Positions 29,301-39,800 are shown, numbered from the stretch's first letter. The stretch: DNA of 64,000 bases from Candidatus Cloacimonadales bacterium (GCA_963662655.2 CAXXTU010000002.1:1056001-1120000), one strand, 5' to 3'. Notes: generated by a model not told the origin, from the letters alone. Numbers and translations: made by a program.

Positions 29301-30386
29301 GCGACCATCGTGGACGATGCGGAATGGAACAGCGGTATCGCGCAAGCGACACTCATGTACCGGACTAACGAATCCGGGTTTACCGCCGTTCCCATGACAC
29401 TGGTGCGCGACGGTTATATAGCCGAGATACCGGCTCAGGCATTGGGAACAGTGGTCGAATACCTGATTGAAGCCATCGACGCCTCTCCCCAGGCCAACAT
29501 GACGATTACCGACACCTACCGGTTTGAGATATCGGATCCATTCGATCTCTTCTACTTCACGGAGACGAATCCCAACTATATCGGCTCCGGCACGGTCGAA
29601 TGGGGCGCTGCGTCCATTTTCGGGAACCCTCTGTACGACACGGGAGTCGCGCTGAAACTCAATGCCGTGGAAGGAGCCAGTTACTATCCCACATCCGGGT
29701 ATCTCAAACTGTACGAGATGGATAGCGAAGGCACTCTGACGTCGATAACCTCACCGATCCCGATCACCTTCAATCAGGGAACCGTACCGCAGTCGTTCCC
29801 GCTCGAATCGATCCAGATCACATCGCCTTACTTGATGGTGATGTTCCAGCTTCCTGCAGTTAACTACTTCCCCATGGATAGATCCGTGTATTACCCGAAC
29901 AACAACTACTTCTACAACGCCTCTTCGGGGACTTTGTACGAACTGGGGGTCATTGGGTACGAGGGTGTCTGGAAAACGACCGTCACGGCCGAAACGGGAG
30001 AAGCGCTGGTCCTGGAAGCGCCAGTGGCATGTATCCAGAGAATGGGCGATGATGTACTGCTTTCGTGGGAACAGGTGATCAACGCTAATTCCTACTGCAT
30101 CTATGCAACGGAGCAACCCGCTATATCCGGGACATGGACGCTGTCCGGTCAAACGGAGTCGATGGAATACCTTTTCTCTGGACTTGCGGAAAGGATGTTT
30201 TTCAAGGTGACAGCATCAAGCGCGTCGCTCGGTAATCGTTATAGAGATACCGGTCTTCGTAAAGCGCACTTTTTACCATCGCTCAATACTCGAGAAGCAT
30301 TACAAACCAGCAATCGAAATAATGAGAATCCAGGGATACAGGAACTCATTATCGGAAGATCTAAATTGAAAAAATCGACGAGATAG
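23322..30386 (+). CDS. Giant (2354 aa) secreted modular adhesin-like protein: 6 x [FN3-like + cleaved-adhesin-like domain], ASH/choice-of-anchor-D Ig domain and a C-terminal FN3-like domain
   Basis: GGAG RBS and signal peptide; repeated YDVYFGT.NPPPF...YYWK.VP modules alternating with E.FE...FPP.GW...D.I modules. Confidence 0.85.
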   Translation: MKNLSMIIFFFLIIIPLLSTSYVVAPGTTSSPYSPFSIAYEYGWSRMFYTATDLAEAGLTRPADIIALGFDVNYCNDNIIRTNQSIYMKHTQSTLDTSYPGTSGYTSVFSGTVRAHETGWITIILDAPFAWNGSDNIEILWENHSGASINISFGFSAEYLPYNAYQSSYKRQNGSFPTSAGSSHQALPTVKMFTSIDAIPDIPAFEYPEDGKLAVPDPMMLWHSQGENPPTSWDVYFGTTNPPAFSHNQTNDFYQPSCVAGQEYFWQIVPQNAHGSPSGSPIMSFTIPDESMNFVGFEDTTFPPAGWIFNGNVTRQYHSFNPFLNGNYYAHAYSPSYLVSPKVTVSQGAAFDFSLMGLPSNEVDLLISSNAIDWTDSGLSFSTTEDLVWTQAHVVLSDFLSPGDYYLRLNVDNQEYTYCRLDNIFYPEIAPSPPAPAANLAPEVGETIFGLGSETLSWEPTAGLVESYDIYFGTENPPPFLVNQTAASYTCTDLAANQTYYWKVLPRNEYGVAEDCPVWLFHTPSATQIQEGFESTTFPPAGWNFSGTFNRAYFTNIEGSYCAQLQALPSNTGIMTTPRVEITENSVFDFMAHKQNSSTPAMLQVQYSLDGSQWDVLGEFEDFNSSAYNPTRIQVDLSSIFDPGTQLFLMIKGIPTGTSTTSFYIDRIIGPEVVGGVPGAPSIIGPADRGWLLTNETLRWTSLAGVTDSYDVYFGTTDPPPFIQNQTGTSYLPTVEAGEQYYWKVVPRNSEGELLNCPVYSVRTPTASQLAESFENYPPFPPDGWINQSAFQIWSNPSYAYHGAFITAIRNNTGILITPKLDITATTEFEFYAKNHTPGGEKSIQLKWTVNGSDWYPLGDEIDISYQYEWKRFTFDLAEAAQSHDACYVGIEVDPDYNCGYVMLDHIVGPERVMDPVPEPAVRMFPQENGWMFTDESLEWKSLINVCTSYDVYFGTDNPPPFIQNQTETSFSPTLDAGETYYWKIVPYNENGPAEDCPIWTFGTPSENQLAERFDDSTYPDGWGNLGDYLISNTSYPESGYSVAVVSASIPLSIVAPRLSFDAASNLELYNKSYLESPDHRIQVKYSADGLNWANVGAEIQLPSGTDWQGHCIDLQSLDGQTGFLAIEHYSVGDVGGNYIDHIVGPELDDGAPAVAHRFFPADGGYAFIDDVLSWEPVAGIVDSYDVYFGTTDPPPFVQNQIETSFDPDLSYGQEYFWKIVPKNTSGEAQNCPIKSFTTVSEGALTEDFESTTFPPPGWASSGSASRVTYSSYVIHGIASGGLNSNQNGMIISPKVLIEEDSSFDFYLYSNDYTSSQKLLICYSDDMTTWHTLGDTIHVEWSVNSKNPHHMNFALGSLADSMPGIYLAFKTQAAIQTAYTIFDHIALPNPFPIIPGVSTLQLPSDMATEINELATFSWSVATGGGIPETYKLYCDTSPDPSTLIATTEELSWTMSEPLDYGVTYYWKVVACNIAGEGEDSAIRSFTVREDPTITSYPWTEDFDTSSSDFPPTNWTMHSGVLGNPTVLGQDPSGDWASRAWLNSVNENFYSAYACMYRDTNGWLISPPLQIDSGDYRISFDMAVDIEGNPFDDTCVFAVLVGDGISWSTANVVRRWDNQGSPYKFSDITNSPQSVYLPMGEPGTKRIALYFESANDPTNIYLRNKLFVDNLTVMENPSVSQTYVWPDELDLGFGLYAQPTPVQTVTLTNTGGVTLDIAAEQVSFTGLSASQFQLVTGTLPVSLEPCQSVDLEIRLNSTQAGVKTATLQVAIPSETIEIPLTGEGLEYGFSRVGSGTDWDDINPINCYRNFNLHECIYYPSEIQIANKQIEKISYYWNGGLNADDSDEWTIYMGYTDMDAFELYNEWVSSDSLTQVFTGEVTLPAQEGWIEITLDQPFLYNNQDNLMICLHEHAEGHDYAGGGFQTSESRTRRSVHYGRDYEIDPANDISGDDYYWSYPNIRFEFESPTCDTIEPEISHFPVLNTPVTDQPYTVYATIVDDAEWNSGIAQATLMYRTNESGFTAVPMTLVRDGYIAEIPAQALGTVVEYLIEAIDASPQANMTITDTYRFEISDPFDLFYFTETNPNYIGSGTVEWGAASIFGNPLYDTGVALKLNAVEGASYYPTSGYLKLYEMDSEGTLTSITSPIPITFNQGTVPQSFPLESIQITSPYLMVMFQLPAVNYFPMDRSVYYPNNNYFYNASSGTLYELGVIGYEGVWKTTVTAETGEALVLEAPVACIQRMGDDVLLSWEQVINANSYCIYATEQPAISGTWTLSGQTESMEYLFSGLAERMFFKVTASSASLGNRYRDTGLRKAHFLPSLNTREALQTSNRNNENPGIQELIIGRSKLKKSTR

Positions 30387-30398
30387 ATACGCATCATC

Positions 30399-30424
30399 CA
30401 GCCTGCTCCTCACGGGGCAGGCTG
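30399..30424. terminator. Hairpin between convergent giant genes (probable terminator)
   Basis: CAGCCTGCTCC-TCAC-GGGGCAGGCTG, 12 nt after the stop codon; no clear U-tract. Confidence 0.55.
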
Positions 30425-30518
30425 ACAGTCTCGCCCAAGGGCGTCAAACGCCTGAAAGGCAAGATCAAGAAAGAGGCGGAGAAAAATCCTCCCTCCGCTT
30501 AAATAACACACCAGTGCG

Positions 30519-33500
30519 TTAGCGTGTTATCAGGTTCCTGACATCGCCCCAGCGTGTACCACGAAGCGTTTCAACGTCTCGAAGACTTCCAGCTGCACCG
30601 GTGTCGATCACGGTTTCGACCATGTAGAACATGTTGTCGCTGTATTGAACCACCCTGGCGTGCGTGAACGCGCTTTCGGTGGTGAACGTCAGAAAGAGGT
30701 AGTCGCCCTCGGTAGCCTCGGGAGTTTCGCTGTAGAGGATCACGTATCCGTCGGGCGTAATGTTCTGTCCGGCTTCGTTCCGCGTCACCGCGTCCCAAGT
30801 AACCACAGCGTCGTTGCCCTGTAGAGCGAGCTCTACGTTCTGTGGCTCGAGCGGAGCGCTGGAGGTACCGGAGCCAGTCAGGGAAATGTTGAGCGACGGG
30901 GTGTTGTCGGCGTTGGATTCGATAATAATGGCATCCGATTTATCGCCTGTCGAGAGGACGTCGAAAGAGATCAGGATGGAACAGGCTTGATTCGGTTCCA
31001 GCAGCAAAGGCAGACTTACCGCGCCTATGCCGAATCCCCGGTTGCCGTACTGCAAACCAAGCTGATTGATGGTCAAATCGGACGTGCCGGTATTTGAAAT
31101 AATCAACGTGGAAGTCAGTGGCGCTTGCCCGATGTACATGGCGCCGAAGTCGAACTCGATGTCCGAAAAAGAGATCATGCGGATGAACTCCTGCCAGGAG
31201 AGGTAGGGATACCCGTCGTTGAGTGAGCTATCGATGGTCCAGATGTCTTCGGAGCCGTTTACCGTTTCGCCGACGAAATCCCATCCGGCGCTGGTGAAGG
31301 TCGATTGCGTTCTCATCTGGGCGGTTGTTTTCCCGGTACCGCCCTCGCTCGAAGATTGTCCGCTGGTCGTTACATCCCAAAAACTGTTGGTGACATCACA
31401 TTCCAGATTTTCACTAAGCAATCCGCCGATGTAGAAAGTCCCGTCAACTGCTCCGGTCGAATAGCAATCAGTGATCCCGCCGTTGGTAATTGAACCGACC
31501 AATCCACCGGCATAACCGATGCCATCGACATCGGAGGCGGAGTAGCAATTGTCGATGTCAGCGCCCAGCGACCGACCGACCAAGCCGCCGCAGATATATT
31601 CGGCAGAGACAGCGCCCGAAGTGAAGCATTCGCTGATCGTGCCACCCAAGTAGGTCAAGCCGATTAGTCCGCCGACAAGCTCGCTTCCCTCCACATCGCT
31701 TATGGAATGGGAACCGGTCACCTGGCAGTTATCTTCCGCCATCCCCACAAGACCACCGCTGTCTTCACCGCCATGTATGCAGCACATGGAATGGCACTCC
31801 GTTATACTTGTATGGTTGTACGCTTTGCCCAGTAAGCCGCCGCAGTACTGCCCGCCGGTAATCGCTCCGGTAATGTGACAGTTTTGAATGGAGGAATTAC
31901 TGGCATATCCCGCTAGGCCTCCCGTACAATTAGCGCCCGTAATTTGTGCATCCGTCACCCCGAGATTGGTAATACTCGCTCCGTTCAACTTGCCGAACAG
32001 ACCGACGTACGCTTGATCGGGACGATTGATATAAAGATTGTCGATTACATGATCCTGCCCATTGTAGCAGCCTGAAAACGCGGTCGTGTTGCTGCCGATC
32101 GGGCTCCATCCGGCGCCGTCGTTCAGGTCGGCGCTCTCGTCGGCGTCGATATCCTCGGTCTGGATGAACCAGGCGTCCCATGCCGTTGAATAGGAGCTCA
32201 TCCACATCAGATCGTCGAAATCGGCGATTTGTAAAGGAGAAGCTTCCGTTCCGAGTCCGAGAATCCCTGTATCGCCCACGTTGTAACGGGTGATTGCCGA
32301 CACTGGGATTTCGAGTGTAGGATTGTCGATCGCGTTGGAGGAGATCACGAGGGTGTCGTTGAAATCGCCGATCGTGTTCTTTGCGAAGCTGACTGTTATC
32401 GCAACCGATCCGCCGGGGGTAACCGTACAGGGGAGCGCAACGCCTGAGCGGGAGAATCCCTGTCCGCCCACGGCGAAGCTTATGCTTTTGATCAGCAGAA
32501 AATCCACGCCGGTGTTGGAGATCGTCAGGCTGCCCGAGATCGATGTCTCGTTGTAGTGATAGGTACCCAGATCGAGCGAGGCGGGGTTTGCGGAAATAAA
32601 TACCGAGTAGGTTTGCCAGCTCAGGTAAGGGTAGCCGCTATTGTTTCCGCCATCGATGCTCCAGTAGTCGTTGGAGCCATTGGCGGTTTCTCCAGTGAAA
32701 TCCCAGCCTGCTTCCGTGTAGGTGGATTTCGTTTTCATCAGGGTCGTGATCTTCCCGGTTCCTCCGGCGCTGGCGCTCTGGCCGCTGGTCTGCGTGTCCC
32801 AGAAACTGGTTGCGACGCTGGCATTGTTGTAACCGACGAGGCCGCCCGTGTTCGTGCTGCCGCCGACAGAACCCACGGAATAGCTATCCTGGATGTCTCC
32901 GCCGGGTAAATTTCCGCCCACCAGTCCACCAACATAAGAAGTGCCCGATACGATGCCGGTGGCGTAGCAATTGTACAGCGTGCTGGAGTTATTTCCGGCG
33001 AATCCGCCGATATAGCTTGAACCATCAGCCGCACAGGCGCTGTAGCAGCAGGACGCTTCGCCTCGTTTATCGCCGATCAGGCCGCCGACAACGTTATTGC
33101 CTGCGACGCTTCCCGTAGCGCAGCAATTTGTAACGGTTCCGCCGAGGAAATTGCCGATCAGTGCACCTACGGAGTTGTAAGCTTGAATATTCACATCGAG
33201 GAGAATGAGGTTCGAAATCGTCGCACCGGAGATATAACCGAAGAATCCCTGGCTGTTCCCAGCGGGACGGTTGATGGTGAGGCCGCTGATCGAATGTCCC
33301 TGCCCGTCGTAGGAGCCCTCGAAATACTCGTGATCGCTGGAAGAATTGCGATACCCCAGCGGCATCCAGCCTGTACCGCTGTTCCAGGCGCTCGTCGCAC
33401 CCGCATCGATGTCGGCGATTTGAACGAACCATTTATTCCAGACGCTTTCGTTCTCGTCTACCCACTGGAGGTTATCGAGCGAAGCTATTTGATATGGTGC

Positions 33501-33590
33501 GGTTTCTGTACCGCTGCCTGTTGGCTGAACTGCCGTCGCGGACAGCATCGCGCAGCCGATAAGCATAACGAAAAGCAGGATTTTTTTCAT
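30519..33590 (-). CDS. Secreted GLUG-repeat beta-helix protein: 2 x [GLUG beta-helix + ASH/choice-of-anchor-D Ig] plus a C-terminal FN3-like domain
   Basis: Start MKKILL (ATG 33590, GGAG RBS); many V/AGGLVG repeats; two PxQI...L and two FWD.TSGQ...GWDF.GET.NG...GYPYLSWQ caps. Confidence 0.88.
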   Translation of the reverse strand: MKKILLFVMLIGCAMLSATAVQPTGSGTETAPYQIASLDNLQWVDENESVWNKWFVQIADIDAGATSAWNSGTGWMPLGYRNSSSDHEYFEGSYDGQGHSISGLTINRPAGNSQGFFGYISGATISNLILLDVNIQAYNSVGALIGNFLGGTVTNCCATGSVAGNNVVGGLIGDKRGEASCCYSACAADGSSYIGGFAGNNSSTLYNCYATGIVSGTSYVGGLVGGNLPGGDIQDSYSVGSVGGSTNTGGLVGYNNASVATSFWDTQTSGQSASAGGTGKITTLMKTKSTYTEAGWDFTGETANGSNDYWSIDGGNNSGYPYLSWQTYSVFISANPASLDLGTYHYNETSISGSLTISNTGVDFLLIKSISFAVGGQGFSRSGVALPCTVTPGGSVAITVSFAKNTIGDFNDTLVISSNAIDNPTLEIPVSAITRYNVGDTGILGLGTEASPLQIADFDDLMWMSSYSTAWDAWFIQTEDIDADESADLNDGAGWSPIGSNTTAFSGCYNGQDHVIDNLYINRPDQAYVGLFGKLNGASITNLGVTDAQITGANCTGGLAGYASNSSIQNCHITGAITGGQYCGGLLGKAYNHTSITECHSMCCIHGGEDSGGLVGMAEDNCQVTGSHSISDVEGSELVGGLIGLTYLGGTISECFTSGAVSAEYICGGLVGRSLGADIDNCYSASDVDGIGYAGGLVGSITNGGITDCYSTGAVDGTFYIGGLLSENLECDVTNSFWDVTTSGQSSSEGGTGKTTAQMRTQSTFTSAGWDFVGETVNGSEDIWTIDSSLNDGYPYLSWQEFIRMISFSDIEFDFGAMYIGQAPLTSTLIISNTGTSDLTINQLGLQYGNRGFGIGAVSLPLLLEPNQACSILISFDVLSTGDKSDAIIIESNADNTPSLNISLTGSGTSSAPLEPQNVELALQGNDAVVTWDAVTRNEAGQNITPDGYVILYSETPEATEGDYLFLTFTTESAFTHARVVQYSDNMFYMVETVIDTGAAGSLRDVETLRGTRWGDVRNLITR

Positions 33591-33821
33591 TACTTGTCTC
33601 CACGGAAAAAAATATTGGTATTTGTAAAGTCGCAGACGCATTTTATGTCAACACTTTTATATACAGTATAACAGCCCTTCGATATTCAACATGAAGCTCC
33701 CTTCTCTCAGTTTTATCAATCACATCGCGCTGCCGCTTTCCATGAAGCCGCAGCAACGATTTATCAATCGGACTATCACGCTGACATATAACATGATAAA
33801 TGCAATTGCACCGATATTTTC

Positions 33822-33857
33822 GAGAACAGCCCCGCTTGGGGAAACGGGGCCATTCTC
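33822..33857 (-). terminator. Possible terminator hairpin downstream of the 3240-aa gene
   Basis: GAGAA..GCCCCG-loop-CGGGGC..TTCTC; weak U-tract. Confidence 0.4.
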
Positions 33858-33880
33858 TGGCAAATGAACGAGGAATCGTG

Positions 33881-36800
33881 TTATTCTTTTCTTGCACCGT
33901 CCTTGCTGTCAGAAAACTTGATCGATCTCGCCCTAACGCTTCCTTCTGTATCCGATGTGACACGAAAGAATCTCATACCATCTTCAGGCAGCGCAATTGT
34001 CCAGCGCACACCTCCGCTTCGCTCCTGCGTGAAGACGCCATCGCCACTCACATCGTTCCACGATCCATCGGGGAAAACGGATTGATATACATGATAGGTT
34101 TCGGCTCCTTCGACGGCATCCCAGGAAATCATTACATTATCTGAAACCACCTGAATCCGTACATTTTGAGGAGGCCGCAAGCTGGCTGATTCCGCATGGA
34201 ACACATAGGGGGCCAGCGGATTACCGAGCGCCTGATTGCTGATGAAAACGATGGATTCTTCTGCTGTATAGACCTCTTCCAGATCTGGATCGTAGATTCG
34301 ATAGCGGATGGTTTCTCCGATCGCGTTCGAATACTGGGTCAGGAAGAAGGTCCACTGGCCCATGACCTCCACGAGCGAAGCAACGCCGCGGCATTCGTCA
34401 CCGCAGAAGGCTCCGAGAACGAGATTCTGGCTGTTCTGAACCTCATCGTCGATCGCGACGACTGCGGTGATATTGGATGAGTATTCGTAATCGAGCGGAT
34501 CAACCTCCCATCCGGCGATTTCCCGCGGCGAATGAACATGATTCTGCACCGATTGTTCCAGTGCATCCTGGCCGCGCGTGATCGAATAGTCCGGGTAGTA
34601 GAATGAGCCGCTTCCTACAGTCTTCAACATGTAACCTTCGCCCGGATTCATGAACAGCAGCGATCCGTACCAGCCGTACCCTTCGATGTACTGCGAATAC
34701 CCAGTCTGATTCTTGATCAGGTCACCCGATACGGGATTTGGCAAGCCTGCCAGCGCCTCATTCACGCTTATGCTCAGATGCGGCAGATAGCCGATCCAGT
34801 TCCAGCCACTACAGTAAGCGATCGCGGTGGCCTGCGGATCATCGAGTAGCCCGTCGATTTGCAGGTCACTTTGTTGCGCCAGCTTGATCTTGAACATCTG
34901 CGTCGTCTCGATGCTCGACAATGAACCGACCCAGCCGGTTCCTTCTACGTATTGAGCATACTCGGTCTGGCTCTTGATCAGGTCGTTTTGAGCGGGGCTA
35001 AGCGATGAGAGGATGTCGTTCAGTTGCATCGACGTCTCGTTATCGAGGTTTATCGAGAACCAGGTCCACCCGCGGTGGCAGTCTATTGATTTGTAAAGCT
35101 CCGGGCAGACATCGAGCACGACCGGCGTCAGTGATGTCCCGTACACTGCGCCTGAGAGAAACAGGTACTGCTGCTCGATGCCGAAGTGCTCTTTGTTCTC
35201 GGAGGAATCCCAAGTGCGGAAGTAGATCGTATCGCCATACTCTTCGTCGCTGTGCACGGTCAGGAAGAACTGGTACGCGTCATCGACGAACGGCACGTGA
35301 TGAATACTCGCGAATCCGCGGCATTGATACGCGCCGCCCTGATCGAGTACGAACACCCCGATAATATCGTTCGTGTCGGTGGAAATCTCTTCATCGATGT
35401 TCAATTGTCCGGTGATGGTCATCGAGTATTCAAAATTGCTCAAAGGCGTCGAGGCCCATGCCGGTGGATTGGCGAGCACGCCGATCTCGAATACGAGCGG
35501 TTCCCTGCCCAGTCCTGGAATATCGGCATAAATCGTGTCCCGGAAGGTTCCGTAACCGAGCTGTTCATTGACGGTAAATGTCAGGCTCTGGCTGTCCAGC
35601 GGATATAGCTGGCCGCTTTCGACATCCACTGTCAGCCACTCTGGCAAGTCTTCGATGGTAAAGGAGGATGTTTGCCCGCCGCTATTGATCAATTGCATAT
35701 CGATTTCCATCTCGTCGCCCAGAGGCTTGATCGCCTCGATTTTGCTCTGCGACCACCCAACCGGATTCGCGTTAACGAAGAACTCCCACGTAATTGCTTC
35801 TTCCAGTGGATTGCCATAGAGGTCCGTGATGCCTTCCACGCTGGCTTGCACGAGATGATTCTCCATCCACCAGAGCATGTCTGACGCTGGCGTGAGCACG
35901 ATCTCGTTATTGAACACACTGAAATCGCAAGCAAGCGGCATGAAGTTGTCGAGGATCGTCAGGCGGATATCGTCCGGATCGATACCAACCGGATCGATCG
36001 CTTCCGTGAGAGATAGCAGAATTTGATCGCCCTGCGACAGGATGCCGTCCTGTGGCTGCGGCGAGGTGAACAAAGCCGGTGAGATGCGGTCGATGTAACC
36101 TGATACCGGCGTGCAGTAGTAGTTCTCGGTCTGCACGGCATCTGTGGCTCCGGCACGGATTTCATACGCGCCGTCCGAAAGCTCGCTTGCATCCCACGGA
36201 ACCTGGATGTAGTATGGATAATCAGCCAGGACGGAATCGGGAATGACGGCAGCGGTTATCCAGTCCCGGTTACTGGTCTTTTTGTATTGCAGAAGAAGCG
36301 ATTCGAGATATGGTTTCTCGATATCGTAGCCGGCCAGAATCACATTCAGCGTATCGTTGTTGGACTGGTTAATGATCCAGTCGTCGTTCGGGAACTGGAT
36401 ATCAACCCGGCTGTAGGGTGGTTCCCAGTGCACATCGAAGTATTTGTACACGTAGAAGTAATGACCATCCGGGCCATCGTTTCCGCGATCGCCGGGCGCG
36501 TAGAATTCCAACGCCAGGTCTTCGTAGTCGTATTCGTATGGGCCCCGATCAACCGTCATCACCGCCTGCACGGCACTACTTGGCGGGATATCGAACGCCA
36601 TCTGCTCTTCAAGCGGGACACCGTTGATCTTCACCGTCGCACCGCCGGGATTACTGTCGTGGTGCATGGTCAGGTAGTATCGGCGGTATTCTTCGCTCTG
36701 GCTTGTGTTTTGCAGGCTGAGCAGGAATACCGCTTGATCGCCATCCTCCAGACCCGATTGGGCATACGTATTCGCGGTGAGGTTCACACCATCGCGCGGT

Positions 36801-39800
36801 AGTGTGTTCGGTTCCCAGCGGTTGGAAGACGCGCCGGCGATTGTCTCGAACACCGGCGTTCCGTACACCGGGTCCATCTTGATATCGACGGTGAAGTAGT
36901 CGGAGAGGTAGTTCAGGGAGCTTGTCTCGTCGTCATCGGCGAGGACGAAGGTGGTTGTGGTACTCATCTCGTTTTCGGTAGCGATCGATTGCCCGATCGT
37001 CACGCCGGTCTCGAACGAGAATCCGCCCGTGTCTCCCATACCGTTCACCGTGAAGCCGAATTCCATACCGAATTCTTCCGATACAGTGGTCGTGAAAAAG
37101 AACGTCTGGGCTTCGGTCGAGGCACAGGTTTCCTCGTAGGTGTATCCAGCGCCGGCATTGAACGATACGTTGGCAGGATGGTTGGGATTCGCCACTGCGT
37201 TTTCGATGTTGTCCTCGTTCATATCGAGATACGATTGCCAAAGCGCGGCAGATGTGGTGTCGCCGATCGCGATGAGGTTGGGGATCACGCTGAGCCGTAT
37301 CTGACTCTCGGTGTACATGTAGATAGTGTCGAAGCCATTGGGGGAAACCATCACGCCCTGTGTGAGATCCACGGAACTGGACGAATCGTTCCATGCGACT
37401 TCCTTGGTGATGCCCCATACAAGGTTTACTGCTCCGCCGACGAAGAGGTCCGATTCCAGCCCGATGAGCTGGTTGTCCGGTGAAGTGTTGTATTCTTCGG
37501 TGGTAGAGAAGGTGTATTGGGTTTCCGTATCGCATCCCATACCCAGCTCGACGGTAACCGACTGTCCGATATCAAACGTCGCGTCTATCTCGGTTTCGAT
37601 GCTGTAGAACAATCCTGTGTCGAAGGAGAAGTCCGGGCCCATGTGCATGGTCTGATGCTGGTTATTGGCCATGGTCATTTCGGCTGAGACGGACATCGAC
37701 ACGCTGGCGCTGCTGGTCTGACTGAAGGAACTGTAGCTGCAATCTCCGGGAGGATCGTGCAGCACGAGGAACGGCAGTTCTGGCGAAGTCGTCGCGAAGG
37801 TGCTTTCCATTGGGCGAGTCCCCTCCGTCAGCACCCAGTCGGTCTGCGTCGCATAGCGATCCAGTTCGGTGTCGTGCACGGTAAATTCGAGCATGTTCTG
37901 ATGCCTGCGATTGCCATCGACAATGATATTGGGTAGATAAGGTGCAAAGGTGTAAGCGTAGTAGTTTTCGCCGTCGAAGTTGTCATCCGTTTCGCCCTGC
38001 GTTCCCACCTCGTCGGTTATCTGGATGTCGCAGTCAGTAATATACGTTACGAAAGCGGGACTTCCGGCTGCACGGTAGTCTTCGAATGCACGGACCCTCA
38101 CGCTGCACCACTCGTTCTGCGGCAATACGTAGAAACCGTAATCCTCTTCCACATCATCGTCCATGTACTTGATGTCGAGCGATGTAGGCCAGATCACCTC
38201 GATGGAGAGGTCGTTGTGCCACACGATACTGACGGTGTCCGGCGCGGTCTCGGTGTATCGCAGATCGACATTGACCGTGCCGATATCCTCGAAGCTCGGC
38301 AGCACGCCAAGCCCGAAAGGATCATCCGTGGGATCGGCGGTCGCGGTGAGGCTATAGTTCAGCGGCGGGACATTGGTGATGGCGACGATTCCGCCACCCC
38401 AAGGAAGGTTGGTCTCTTCCTGCGTGTAACGATCGCCCATTTCCCGAAGCAGGACATCGAACGATCCGATCGGATAACCTTCGTCGCCGCCCACGATGCG
38501 CAAAGCGAAGCTGACCTTCTCGATGTCCCAGAAGTTGATGCCGGTACGCGGATAGGTCACCGTGCCCAGTTCCCAGACGCGGTCGAATTCATGCTCCTCG
38601 AACGATACGCTGAGCGTTGCTTCGGTTCCATGCTCCAGATCCATGGTAAATTCACCATCTTCATCGACCAGCGTCGGCGGAACGGTCGGCGAACCGTTCA
38701 ACAGTACCGAAGCGCCCTCCACCGGCACTTGCGTATCGATATACCGTACGATCCCCGAAACGCTGATCATGGAGTTGTCGGTAAAATCGACGTCGTTCTG
38801 GCTGATGTTGCTATTACTGAGGGTGACCAACCTTTGCTCGGGCTGGAAGTTGTGACCCGCCTTGGTCGGCGTGACCGTGAAGGTTGTCGCGGAGCCGTAG
38901 CTCAACTGCGAGATTGCATAATCGCCCCACACGTCCGTAATGGCTCCGGGCACGATGCCCGGTTCGTCGTCCGACCATGTTCCGCTGGAAAAAGTTCCGA
39001 CATGGCTGTAGTTGGTGCCGTCGAACACATGATCTCCGGCGCCTTCGTTCATCGGCCAGTAACCGATCAGACCCGGCTCGGTCCAGGGCAGGATCAGGTT
39101 GCGCTGTAAATCGATAATAGACTGCGTTCTGGCGACATCGAAGAAACGCAGTTCATCGATCGAGCCATCCACACCGACGTACAGATCGTTCTCGAAAAAA
39201 GATGTGATACCCACAGCCTCATCAATGACTTCCTCTGCGTCGATATAGAGCGTTAGAAGGGGCTGGGAGGCGTCGTAAACGACCGCGAGATGATGCCACT
39301 GACCATCGACGATGGACGCCGTTGTGTCGGGCTGCTCCAGCAACGCCGTGATATTCATGGTCGTCGTATCGACCTGGACAAACCGGAGATAATCATCCCA
39401 CATTTCAGCGTTGACGGCGAGCCCGATGTCCTGATACAGGATGGAGAAATTTGCTGTGGATAGTTTCACCCAGATTTCCCATGTGAAATCCTGGCTGGTA
39501 TCCAACCCGGGATCGTCGATTACAAGCTCGCTACCCAGATCGAGGCATTTTCCCTGTGCCGGCGACGCGGAAACGATCACCTCACTGACGGGGTTGTCAT
39601 TCGGCGTGCAGATATTGCCGGTGATGATGCCGTTGGGCTTCATATAGCCGTAGTCGCTGTCGGACGATGAGGATTCGGCTCCTGCATACGCGACTACGGT
39701 GTATTCGTAAAACTCACCTGGATTTGCGGTGTAGTCGGCATAAGAACGGGCGTCAGATGTGATCGATTGGAGCTGTACGTTGTTGCGGTAAACGCGGAAG

